The notes beneath the pieces are model-generated. The model ran no database searches. It was not told the DNA's origin and worked only from the letters and a program-made list of their open reading frames with translations. A stretch of DNA of 64,000 nucleotides from assembly GCA_963796275.1 (NCBI GenBank), contig CAWCKY010000001.1, positions 1 to 64,000 on the forward strand, given 5' to 3'. The position numbers and the translations under genes were made by a program. Shown one piece after another: positions 54,210-63,314 of the stretch. Source of the DNA: an uncultured Acidobacteriota bacterium (GTDB lineage Bacteria; Acidobacteriota; Blastocatellia; RBC074). Positions within the stretch are counted from its first letter, which is position 1; the number at the start of each line of letters is the position of its first letter.

Positions 54210-55021
54210 TTAGCCGCAGTTGGAGGTGACTCGTGAACGATTATCAGATCAAGACGGTTGAATCGCGGCGTTTTGATATCACCGGTGCGGTATCTCCTAT
54301 TGAAGTAGAGTTCCACAAGGAACCGCGGTGGGCGGTTGAGCTTGGTGACATCGGCATCGTGTCGCGTGAGTCTCTGGTCGATGGGCTTGCCTTGGCGCGG
54401 TATTCGTCCCGGACTGCATTGACAGGTTCCGCTTTGCCCGCAATGACAATCATGCAACCTCCCGGAGAACCCGCTCCGCTTGCTCCATCAGATTTGCTCG
54501 ATCTCAGCTTGCTTGTTGCATCATTCGGACGAATGCCGACGGAAATGGACTACTCGGATGGTAGCCGATACCTCGCTCTGAGAGCGGCCATCGAAGCGCG
54601 ACTGGGGCTTCAGCACATCCATCTCGGAATACGTGGCGGCGAAAGACAAATCGAACTGGAGACCGCCGTCGAGCAGGTCGCTATGAGGTTAGCAGAGCAT
54701 TCGCTAGCATTCTCGCAGTCGCCTGATCTCGGCTTTCTGAAGTTCGTTGATCTCATCAAGAAGGGCGGACGAGTCTTCACGTTCTCCGCAGGCGCTGACA
54801 CTTTGCTTGGAGCAAGTGCTCTCGCGAGTGCCTACCAACTAGCGATGTTGTCGAATCCAGTAGTTGCCATCCAGTTGGCGGCAGGCGGAGCAGCTGCGTA
54901 CGTGGTTCTAAAGTTCGGTAGAGCAGTTGGGAAGAAGATCGACCATCTCATCCAGAAGTGGTGAGCTGGCTAACAACAGCATGCAGCGGACGGCACTCCG
55001 TGCCGCCGCTGATGCTGAGCG
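54210..55021 (+). mobile_element. integron gene cassette
   Basis: Begins at G|TTAGCC (54209-54215), carries one promoterless ORF, and ends in an attC whose inverse core GGCTAAC is the exact complement. Confidence 0.8.
54233..54964 (+). CDS. cassette-encoded hypothetical protein with hydrophobic C-terminus
   Basis: GGAGG RBS, GTG start, stop 3 nt before attC. Confidence 0.8.
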   Translation: MNDYQIKTVESRRFDITGAVSPIEVEFHKEPRWAVELGDIGIVSRESLVDGLALARYSSRTALTGSALPAMTIMQPPGEPAPLAPSDLLDLSLLVASFGRMPTEMDYSDGSRYLALRAAIEARLGLQHIHLGIRGGERQIELETAVEQVAMRLAEHSLAFSQSPDLGFLKFVDLIKKGGRVFTFSAGADTLLGASALASAYQLAMLSNPVVAIQLAAGGAAAYVVLKFGRAVGKKIDHLIQKW

Positions 55022-55027
55022 TTATGC
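54968..55027 (+). other. attC recombination site (60 bp)
   Basis: GGCTAAC-aa-CAGCAT-g-CAGCGG-a-CGGCAC-tcc-GTGCCG-CCGCTG-ATGCTG-agc-GTTATGC: cores, palindrome and two extrahelical bases. Confidence 0.88.
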
Positions 55028-55187
55028 GGCGCTTTCAAATTTGGTGCCACAGCAGGTTCTTCGGTAGAAAGCGCGTCCGCGCGGAGGCCGGCAGCCGTGG
55101 TTGGAGGTAATATCCGCTTCTGCACTCTTTTCACCCTGGAGGTCGTGTGACAGCTTGGCGGTCCAAACGCGTTGCTCGCACCGTCAA

Positions 55188-55297
55188 CAGGGAACTTCAG
55201 GAGTTCGTGATCTCCCAATCCGATAAAGCCTATCGGCCGATCCTGCGCCACCTTTATTTTCTGTGGGGACCTACGCCAAGGATATGTTGGCTGAAGA
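55188..55297 (+). pseudogene. second fragment of the SprT-like gene
   Basis: caggagttcgtgatctcccaatccgataaagcctatcgg...ttggctgaag matches 59496-59608. Confidence 0.8.
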
Positions 55298-55329
55298 GCT
55301 TCGCTCCGCTACGGCCCTTCGGATGAATG

Positions 55330-55678
55330 CGTGGAAGGTGAACCCTGCCAAGAGTAAAACCGAGAACCCCGATATGTTTACTCCATTTTCCACACACTAG
55401 AATTGTGTGCAATTGGGTTGGCGTGTCAGGGGTGTTTTATGAAGTTCAATGCGCCCCTCAGCCATGCCTATTAGGGCAAGGGGTAAAGGACGGATGGTGA
55501 CTTTGATTTGACTCGTTGCCCTGCCGGTTTTGTCATTTGTCGCCATCCGGTTTCTGAGAACCCCCCTTTCTGATTCACGCACCAAAAGGATATTTCATTT
55601 ACAAAATCCCCCCTCAAGCGGCTCCGACGAACACAGGGTATTCAAGACAAACAATCCTTCAATACCAAAAGGTTGGCA
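55330..55678 (+). ncRNA. ~350-nt conserved structured non-coding element, copy 2
   Basis: See 36097-36449. Confidence 0.5.
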
Positions 55679-55863
55679 CTATATTTAACCGTTGTAATCG
55701 AAGAGGGTCTGGAGAAGGGGTTAGCGGCAGGCAGTACGTACGTACGTGATAGGTTGCATCTTCTCAGCCCGATTCATAAAGAGGGAAGACCTATGAAACG
55801 ATCTATTGAGGAGGCAATAGTATCCCCTGAAAATCAGGAAGGGCGCTTGCTCAGGTGCGCGTG

Positions 55864-56178
55864 CTAAAGCGCGGAGCGCATCAACGACACATCTTCACTT
55901 TTCCTGATACATTGAATTTCCAGGTCAAGTAATTCAAGTAGTCTTCTGATTCGCTGCATCTTGCTCTCATCCACTTCAAGCGCTCCGATCGTAGACGCGT
56001 AATCAAGTAGAGCTTGGAGCTGTGCCCGATAATCTTCCGCGGCAGAAATGCATCTATCGGTTATCTCTTTCAGCTTCGGGCTCTGATGGTGAAGAGCGGC
56101 AAAATATTCCCCCATTAAAGCGTAGTACTTCCCAGCTGTGTGATAAATCGCTCGCTGCATCTCGATCAGGTTACTCAA
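55864..56178 (-). CDS. hypothetical helical protein
   Basis: 104-aa ORF with a GAGG RBS. Confidence 0.5.
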   Translation of the reverse strand: MSNLIEMQRAIYHTAGKYYALMGEYFAALHHQSPKLKEITDRCISAAEDYRAQLQALLDYASTIGALEVDESKMQRIRRLLELLDLEIQCIRKSEDVSLMRSAL

Positions 56179-56847
56179 TTTTTTGCCTCACGTTTAAGGG
56201 GTGATGACATTCCAGCAACTCCACCCAATGCGCATCCTAGCGTGATGGCTGGAACGAGTGCTGTCTATCGTCCTTCTTTTTCATTTATCTCCCTGCCTCC
56301 GAAAGGCTACGAAAGTAGTTGGCACGAGCTCCTTCAACTCGGCCAGGACCTGATCGCACGCCGTGAGCTCGGCCACGAGTCGGGAGTCCCGGGTGCGTCT
56401 CTCCTTGTCCGAAGAATATAGTGATTCGAATCTGAAATGAGTATAGGGCGCTTTCGCGCCCTAAATTCAGCAGCGTCCTCAGCCATTAGGGTATACACTG
56501 CTAATTAGCCCGAGTTTATATCGCAGAGCCATGCTCTTGTCAACATATGAAACTATTCCAATAGATACTACATTTGGTGGAATCGCGTAAGGTGAATGTA
56601 TCGCCGTCGTCGGCAATGGCGACCACGGGATCCTTGCCGGCCAGGGAACAATCGCCGCCGGCGCACCAACAATCTGACCTCGATCTAACGTCGAGTGATG
56701 TCTCTTCCGGAAAACCCGTTGATGGTAAACAGTTCGCGGCACAATCTGACACCACGGAGTATAGCTTATATGTGTGCTTCCGCACAGATAGAATTCGGAG
56801 GCGGACGCCCGTGGCTATTGGCAATCCGGGCCGTGTCGGTGGCCGGC

Positions 56848-57444
56848 CTAAGTGAGATGCTGAGTAATCTCCTTACTAGGGGGAGGAGCTAGTCGCGTCA
56901 GTAGCAGCGCAATCTCGCCGAGCGGCAGGCAGTAATCCACATCTACGTTTTGCAGCACGCTGTACGGCATGGAGGAGGCAATCGCTTCCACCGGATCCTG
57001 CACGATGGCTATTCCCCCGCGATCCTTCACAGCTTGGAGCCCCGCCGTGCCGTCATATAGATACCCCGTTAGAACCACGCCCACGATGCGCGATCCATAA
57101 GCGTGAGCCGCCGAGCGGAATAATACGTTGATGGCTGGGCGGAAGCGGTTCTCCTTCGGGCCGCGCGTGACCCTGACAAGGCCGGGCTCAAGCAGTAGGT
57201 GGTAATCAGGCGGAGCCACATAAATATGCCCCGGCCTGAGCAGATCAAAATCTGCCGGAACAGAGGCTGGGAGCGGCCCAGCATCCATAAGTATCCGGGG
57301 CAATATGCACGGAGCAGTCGGACCGCAGTGTTGCACAAGGAGAACAGAAGCGGGAAACCCTGCGGGCAATCCGCTAACAATCACCCTCAACGCATCAATG
57401 CCTCCGTAAGAGGCTCCTATGACGATAATGTCCTTGTTCGCCAT
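56848..57444 (-). CDS. cheB: stand-alone CheB-type methylesterase
   Basis: VIGASYGG, VQH, HIYVAPPDYHL, RPAINVLFRSAA, GVVLTG..DGTAGL. Confidence 0.88.
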   Translation of the reverse strand: MANKDIIVIGASYGGIDALRVIVSGLPAGFPASVLLVQHCGPTAPCILPRILMDAGPLPASVPADFDLLRPGHIYVAPPDYHLLLEPGLVRVTRGPKENRFRPAINVLFRSAAHAYGSRIVGVVLTGYLYDGTAGLQAVKDRGGIAIVQDPVEAIASSMPYSVLQNVDVDYCLPLGEIALLLTRLAPPPSKEITQHLT

Positions 57445-57463
57445 ACGTACCACCTCTATCGAA

Positions 57464-57787
57464 TAGGATTAAGATCACGAAACTCGATGGCGCAAGAATG
57501 ACAAAGTTGTATGGTCTAGTATATTGAAATTCTTGTTTGGCAACGAGCCCCCCAAATTCCCCACTGGTGTCCACCAGGCCCGTAGCCGGAGTGGGTTGGT
57601 GGAAACGGCCTAACTACTCATTTCACCAATAAATTAGATACCAGAGACGGTTCCAGAGCTAATCCGTCATATGTGCCTACGACGTCTTTATCGGGTGCAC
57701 CTCTATTTGGATAGGATCATGAAACTCGATGGCGCAAGAATGACAAAATGGCTTGGCGTATGAAATTTCTTGTTTGGCAACGAGCCT
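57464..57787. repeat. ~80-bp direct duplication upstream of cheB
   Basis: gatca.gaaactcgatggcgcaagaatgacaaa...gaaatt(t)cttgtttggcaacgagcc at ~57473-57549 and ~57715-57786. Confidence 0.8.
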
Positions 57788-57804
57788 CCAGCCATTGAAG
57801 CGAG

Positions 57805-58000
57805 TAGAGCCGCCTTTCCTCTTATTTGCATTGTGCTTCGCGTCGTCAGGCCGTCAACTCGCTACGCTGCGCTCCGCGACTCCTTCGCTTCACTACGGCC
57901 TTGACGGGTGACTGCCTTCCTCCGCTCCGCTAAATCGGCAAACTAAGAGGAAAAGGCTATCACCCGAGTTCTACTCGAACTACGTTACGCAAGCACAATA
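57805..58000. repeat. long stem-loop element, copy 2
   Basis: Arms GCCTTTCCTCTTATTTGC (57812) and GCAAACTAAGAGGAAAAGGC (57938-57957); inner CCGTCAA/TTGACGG stem. Confidence 0.65.
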
Positions 58001-58299
58001 CGCTGGCGAATCGTCAAGTGCGACGGCGGATCCGCCTTGATTCGGAAACCAATAATCAAAGGCGGATTGCCCCTGATTCTGCGAAGAGCGAATCAAAAAG
58101 TGAAAAACTTCCAGCCGGCAATCCGGAGTCGGATCAACCCAGAAACCCAGAACTTGCGAAGCCCGCTATTTGAGTACCTGCAAAGGAACAACGCCTCACA
58201 GCGCCTGTGCTAGCGCAAGAGCGATAGTCCACAGAGCGAGATCGGAGTCTCTGAGAGACGATGCTCGAGCATCGCCGGCCGCGGCGTGGAGCCCACAGG

Positions 58300-58668
58300 T
58301 CAATTCAGCGGTAAAGTTCGCGAGACGACATCTATAAGCTCATCCACGAAATTCACCCCTTTCTTGATAAGTCCCTGAGCGCCTGCTGTCTTAATTTCCT
58401 GCATCGTGATTGAATAAGTGGAGGTACAGAAGATGATGGGAGTATCAGGGTCGAACGTGCGGATCAGAAGGCATAATTCAAGCCCGGTGCCGTCTGGCAA
58501 ATGATAGTCGAGTAGATAAAAGTCGAATCTTCCACTCGTGGCCCGGGTAAGAGCATCAGCTTTACTGTAAGCCCCAACCACCTCGTAATCCTTCAGAAGG
58601 CCAGCTATCATCCGACACAAATCTTCGTGGTCCTCGACACACAAGATTTTCTTTTTCGATTCAGCCAT
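58300..58668 (-). CDS. single-domain response regulator
   Basis: KILCVEDHED, YLLDYHLPDGTGLELC, TPIIFCT, AGAQGLIKK. Confidence 0.9.
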   Translation of the reverse strand: MAESKKKILCVEDHEDLCRMIAGLLKDYEVVGAYSKADALTRATSGRFDFYLLDYHLPDGTGLELCLLIRTFDPDTPIIFCTSTYSITMQEIKTAGAQGLIKKGVNFVDELIDVVSRTLPLN

Positions 58669-58715
58669 AAGTTTCCGCCGTGGCGAACTCATTCAGGCTG
58701 GTTGTGGAGCCAGGG

Positions 58716-59066
58716 CAATTTAGCGGTAAAGTTCGCGAGACGACGCTCCTAAGTTCATCCACGAAATCTTGATAAGTGCTTGAGTGTCTACTGCCTTAGT
58801 TTCCTTCATCGTGATTGAATAAGTGCACGTACAAAAGAAAGGGTGTATTAAGGTCGAACGTACGCCGTCAAAAGACAGAGTTCAAGCCCGGTGCCGTCTG
58901 GCAAATGATAGTCGAGTAAATAAAGGTCAAAGCTTCCACTCATGGCCTTCGTAAGAGCATCAATATTAGTGTAAGCCCCAACCACCTCATACTCCTCGAG
59001 AATTTATTGACCAACCGATATCTTGTTCCCCCACACACAGGATTTTCTTTGTCGATTCAGGCATAA
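58716..59066 (-). pseudogene. degenerate tandem duplicate of the response regulator
   Basis: Shares ttcaagcccggtgccgtctggcaaatgatagtcgagta and other blocks with 58300-58668; contains indels. Confidence 0.85.
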
Positions 59067-59149
59067 GTTGTGGAGCGGTGCTGCAACGCTATTCTCGTGA
59101 AAGACAAAACCCTACTTGCAAAATAGAGTCCAAAGCAAACAGGGATATC

Positions 59150-59300
59150 CCCGTAATAGATGGGGAAATCCCGGTAACCGTGTGCTTTATAACAAGACAG
59201 TGGGTATTTATCTCATCTGTACCGCTGCAATTATTGGCTGAATCGCTATCGACCAGGCGGATATCGACAATACACAGGTATATGAGAAGCTGGTCAGAGC
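59150..59300 (+). pseudogene. possible tyrosine-recombinase C-terminal remnant
   Basis: CFITRQ..VPLQLLAESLSTRRISTIHRY resembles H-F-T..LGH..ISTT.RY; highly degenerate. Confidence 0.3.
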
Positions 59301-59460
59301 TACGCGAGACAGGCAAGCCAGAGGACTCTTTCGCAGACTCCCGCAGCTCTAGGCCATTCCTTGCCCTCTCATACAATCTCGTCAGCGCCATCCCTTGACA
59401 AATGGAGTAACATGTCTCTCGTATAAGAGACATGTACCAAGCTTTCGGAAAGGGTGCGCG

Positions 59461-60291
59461 ATGAAATCACGTATTACGGCCGCGGACATAAAGCACAGGG
59501 AGGAATTCCAAGAGTTCGTTGTCTCCCAATCTGATAAGGCCTATCGGCCAGTCCTGCGCCGCCTCTATTTTCTTTGGGAGACGTACGCCAAGGACCTGTT
59601 GGCTGAAGCATCGATGACTCCGCCCTACATAATGCTCGCATCCCCATCCCTCCCGCAGCATTTCGGAGATTACTCTTTGGTGAGCGGCTTCGGCGGACAT
59701 TCGCAGATCCGTCTCCGTCCGACACTCCTGACAGGGCACCACAATGCGATGAAGAAAGGCGACCGCTACGCTGAAGGGAGGTTCCTTTTCGTGTGCGACG
59801 TTCTCCTGCACGAAACGATCCACCAGTACCACCACGAGATCACTGGAAAGACGGAAGACTCTTACAAGGGACACGGCCCGCAGTTTCGGGACACGTGCAA
59901 CCTCGTGGGAAAAACGCTGGGGCTCGGTCATGTGCGCGTTGCCAAGGCGCGGGGCAAAGACAAGGACCTTCCCTCCTGCGCGCTATGGCCACACTGCGTC
60001 AGGCCTAGGAACTACTACCACGGCGCTTACGTGCCGCAGGCCACCAAGAAGGGAGCGAAGGAATTTGACGATAAGATCAGCGCAAAACGGGCGGCGCTTC
60101 GCAAATTTCTGGGGAATGACCGCTCCGGAGCCTTGATCACGTTAATCGAGGCCGCGCATAACTTTCGTCGCCTCTGCCCGGAGGGTTTCGAAGAAGAAGC
60201 CGCCGCGCTCTTGCAGGGTATCGATCGAAGGGAGAAGAGACGGTTGATCGGGTTTCTTCGAGCCGCACGTGAAATGGACATAGACCTCTAA
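59461..60291 (+). CDS. SprT-like zinc metalloprotease-domain protein
   Basis: DVLLHETIHQYHHE...YKGHGPQF (HExxH...HG.F). Confidence 0.8.
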   Translation: MKSRITAADIKHREEFQEFVVSQSDKAYRPVLRRLYFLWETYAKDLLAEASMTPPYIMLASPSLPQHFGDYSLVSGFGGHSQIRLRPTLLTGHHNAMKKGDRYAEGRFLFVCDVLLHETIHQYHHEITGKTEDSYKGHGPQFRDTCNLVGKTLGLGHVRVAKARGKDKDLPSCALWPHCVRPRNYYHGAYVPQATKKGAKEFDDKISAKRAALRKFLGNDRSGALITLIEAAHNFRRLCPEGFEEEAAALLQGIDRREKRRLIGFLRAAREMDIDL

Positions 60292-60414
60292 TAGGGCGAC
60301 TGGGGACCGGGAGAATTTTGAGAAACCTTGCAAAGCTGAGCTTTGCAACATTTGGACGGTTTATGTTAGCATCCTGCCAAGAAATCCGAACGCCGGTAGG
60401 CCGGCACAACAATC

Positions 60415-60449
60415 GCCCTCTTCTGCGATTTTATCCAGCGGAAGAGGGC
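60415..60449 (+). promoter_or_regulatory. 12-bp leader hairpin upstream of the NYN gene
   Basis: GCCCTCTTCTGC-gattttatcca-GCGGAAGAGGGC, downstream of TTGCAA-N18-TAGCAT (60343-60372). Confidence 0.6.
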
Positions 60450-60472
60450 ATTGATCTATATGGGGCACCTTA

Positions 60473-61093
60473 ATGAAGAAAACAGCCGTTTTACTGGATC
60501 TCGGCTTTGTCAGCCATAAACTCTTCAAACTGTTAGGAAATAGACACCCAAACGCAAATGAGGTTCGCGGTTTCGCTTTAAAATGCCTTACTGCAGATGA
60601 AGAGCTGTTTAGAATCTATTGTTATGATTGTTTTCCCTATGCTGAATCACAGAAACACCCGCTCACAAGTCAAATAGTGAACTTCGCAAACACCAATACC
60701 TATAAGAGAGCCACCAAGCTTTTGCATGATTTGAGAATTTCAGACAACATTGCGTTCAGATACGGGGAGCTGATCTTCAATGGATGGATTCTTAAAAAGT
60801 ACGCTGTCGACGACATTTTAAAAACCCATCGCAATCTGCAACCAGACGACTTTAAACCCGATCTCAAACAGAAACTTGTCGATATGAAAATCGGATTGGA
60901 CGTTGCTTGGTTAGCCAGCAAGGGCATCGTGGATAGAATTATTCTCGTGACGGCCGATAGTGATTTTATTCCTGCGATGAAATTCGCACGCCGCGAAGGT
61001 GTTCAAGTCGTCTTGGTTGTGCTCGGTCATAAACAGGTCAAACGCGAATTGAAAGAGCACGCCGACGAACTGAGAACCGTGACGTTTCCGTGA
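60473..61093 (+). CDS. NYN domain (LabA/DUF88, PIN-like) nuclease
   Basis: AVLLDLGF, RIYCYDC, KQKLVDMKIGLD, LVTADSDFIPAMKFARREG, LKEHAD. Confidence 0.92.
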   Translation: MKKTAVLLDLGFVSHKLFKLLGNRHPNANEVRGFALKCLTADEELFRIYCYDCFPYAESQKHPLTSQIVNFANTNTYKRATKLLHDLRISDNIAFRYGELIFNGWILKKYAVDDILKTHRNLQPDDFKPDLKQKLVDMKIGLDVAWLASKGIVDRIILVTADSDFIPAMKFARREGVQVVLVVLGHKQVKRELKEHADELRTVTFP

Positions 61094-61129
61094 TGGAAGC
61101 CTGCCTGTACAACGCAAAAAATTAGTTAA

Positions 61130-61399
61130 TTAAAAATACAATCGTGCCCGATCTGCATGAATGAAAAAGCGGATTTTGCTGGACCACAAGAACCCGGGTC
61201 GCGGCGAACGATGGTTCGAATCGCTGGCATCGATTGCCCGGATGCTTGATCCGAATGCGCCGGCGGATAACCAGGCGGCGATACTCGGCATTGAATGGCA
61301 CCAGCTGGCGCCGACCCCTTTGAGCGTGCCTGCGTAGTAGGTAATCTTGCGCGGAGAGATAGCCTGGATGTTCCGTCTCGATCTCGCCGTGATCTTCAT
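61130..61399 (-). CDS. hypothetical protein
   Basis: Short ORF co-oriented with osmC and ompA; weak support. Confidence 0.25.
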   Translation of the reverse strand: MKITARSRRNIQAISPRKITYYAGTLKGVGASWCHSMPSIAAWLSAGAFGSSIRAIDASDSNHRSPRPGFLWSSKIRFFIHADRARLYF

Positions 61400-61470
61400 T
61401 CTGCCGCTTGGCGCGTTCGAGCGCCGGCGCCTCGGTCAGAATGAGGTTTCTCCCGCCGACTTGGCCTCTT

Positions 61471-61959
61471 CTATAAAATCTCAGATAAATCAATCTCGGT
61501 CGGCGGCGGGGCCATCCCAACCACCTGATAATTTCCCGAAGCTTCGGCTCCAGTCGCGTGAATGCGGAATTGCGGCCACAATTTCAAATCGTCGCGCAGC
61601 GAATGATAGACGTTGCAATATTTACTGACCGAGAGGTTGATGGCGCGGACCAGTTTATCGGGAGTGACCCCCTCGCCCCACACGTCGAACAGCAATCTCG
61701 CGCCAATCAAATAACTCGGGTCCATCCGATAGTGATAGGCCTCCAGAGTCACTTCGAACTTCGCGGCCGGCGTTCGCATCTCCTCCAGAATCGAAACCAC
61801 ATCGACGGACGCGCACGCGCCCAACGCTTCGAGCAGCAATTCGGCCGGGCTCGCGCCAGATTGCTTGCCGGCGTCAATCGCGGTGTCGATCCCGCCGGCG
61901 TTCACGCATGTGAATCTCGCCCCGCCATTCCAATTCAGTTTTACTGTCAGATCACTCAT
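61471..61959 (-). CDS. OsmC/YhfA family protein
   Basis: GASPAELLLEALGACASVDVVSIL..RAINLSVSKYCNV. Confidence 0.9.
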   Translation of the reverse strand: MSDLTVKLNWNGGARFTCVNAGGIDTAIDAGKQSGASPAELLLEALGACASVDVVSILEEMRTPAAKFEVTLEAYHYRMDPSYLIGARLLFDVWGEGVTPDKLVRAINLSVSKYCNVYHSLRDDLKLWPQFRIHATGAEASGNYQVVGMAPPPTEIDLSEIL

Positions 61960-61988
61960 TCGGGTTCCCCTCATATTGTGTCAGGCGC

Positions 61989-63224
61989 TCATCTGAAGTT
62001 GAAATCCGTCGTATATAAGGATGTCTGTGGCCAGCGCAGCATGGGGCTCGGTCTGGGACGCTCATCACCAGTTACTGGCGTGTTGAGTGTTTTTGGCAGG
62101 CTTCCCGGACCGGGAAGAAGGTGTCTAAAGTTGTCTTTAGACACCAGCTCCCCTGGAACGGATCTGTCGCATGCCCGCCTACTGTGATAAACACTGCTGG
62201 TAGTGGCGCCCGCAGCCGTTAACCCCTTGCTGACGAGAATCGCCACTTCAACCCTGCGGTTTTGCTTGCGGCCTTCGCGCGTGTCGTTCTCGGCCACGGG
62301 CTTCAGCTCGCCGAATCCGAACGGGTTGATCATGCGGTGAAGCGGGATGTCATGATTCTCCGCCAGGTAGCGGATCACCGCATCGGCGCGACGCTCACTC
62401 AGCGCGCGGTTCCTCGCCGCGCCGCCGTCTGCCGACGCGTAGCCGGTCACCTGAATGAGATACCCCTTCTCGCCCTTTGCTTGTGTCGCGATTTCATCGA
62501 GAGCCGCCTTGACTTCATCCGAAAGCGCCGCGCTGTTGACCTTGAAGTTTACGGCGACATTCTTGCTCGCCTCGTAATTGTCGATTTGTGAGATCCGGTC
62601 GTTAGTGGCCTGGATGTCGGCGCTGTTGGCCTTGGAGGTAGCGAGCGCCTGGTCAGCGGTCTCCTGGGCGGCTTTGGCCCCGCCACGAGCCATGTTGGCG
62701 ACGGCGGTCAGTTCATCGATCTGGCCCGACAGACGCTGAGCGTTTTGCTCGGCGGCGGTCAGCCGGTTCTCAGCCCCATCCACGCGCCCTTCGGTGGTGG
62801 TCACACGCGTTTCGACGGGAGCGACGCGCGCGTCGAGAGAACGCGCCACGCCGAAATCGTCGTTGGTGAATTTGATCTTCTCGGCGACCAATGCGCCCCC
62901 GTCATTGCCACGCCCTTCGACCTCGACTTCCAGCCCGCGCAGCAACGCGGTGACCGGATACGCCTTGGCCTGTCGGAACGGATTGCTCTTGCGCTCAGTC
63001 ATTTTTGTCGAGCCCGTCAGGGTCACGGTGACCTCCCCTCCGGCGATGTCGCGGACGATCATGTTGTCGGCATCACGGCTAACGATGATGCCGCTGATCT
63101 TTTGTTTTTGCCCGGCGGCGATGCGGGTGGCCGCGTTTTCCTGTGTCTGCGCGGCAGCCGGCAGGCACAGCGCGAGGGCGGTCAACAAGGCGGATAGCAA
63201 TCGAAACGACCTGGTATTCCTCAT
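61989..63224 (-). CDS. OmpA-family protein (DUF5666-like N-terminus, coiled coil, OmpA C-domain)
   Basis: Signal peptide; VNFKVNSAAL, NRALSERRADAVIRYL, GFGELKPVAEN..GRKQNRRVEV. Confidence 0.9.
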   Translation of the reverse strand: MRNTRSFRLLSALLTALALCLPAAAQTQENAATRIAAGQKQKISGIIVSRDADNMIVRDIAGGEVTVTLTGSTKMTERKSNPFRQAKAYPVTALLRGLEVEVEGRGNDGGALVAEKIKFTNDDFGVARSLDARVAPVETRVTTTEGRVDGAENRLTAAEQNAQRLSGQIDELTAVANMARGGAKAAQETADQALATSKANSADIQATNDRISQIDNYEASKNVAVNFKVNSAALSDEVKAALDEIATQAKGEKGYLIQVTGYASADGGAARNRALSERRADAVIRYLAENHDIPLHRMINPFGFGELKPVAENDTREGRKQNRRVEVAILVSKGLTAAGATTSSVYHSRRACDRSVPGELVSKDNFRHLLPGPGSLPKTLNTPVTGDERPRPSPMLRWPQTSLYTTDFNFR

Positions 63225-63296
63225 GATGATAGTTTTCCTCCGATAGTTACTTTCGAAAATCACTGTTGTAAATTTCTGACTTCCGGCCGAGGTGTA

Positions 63297-63314
63297 TGGC
63301 AAGTGATATGCCTG
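63297..63314 (-). promoter_or_regulatory. candidate sigma-54 promoter for the OmpA gene
   Basis: Minus strand CAGGCATATCACTTGCCA (GG-N10-GC), ~75 bp upstream of the ATG. Confidence 0.55.

Noticed and set aside
54124-54215. A third full attC, or an attI
   Set aside because: Both cores are present but the interior is not palindromic; attI cannot be supported without an adjacent intI.
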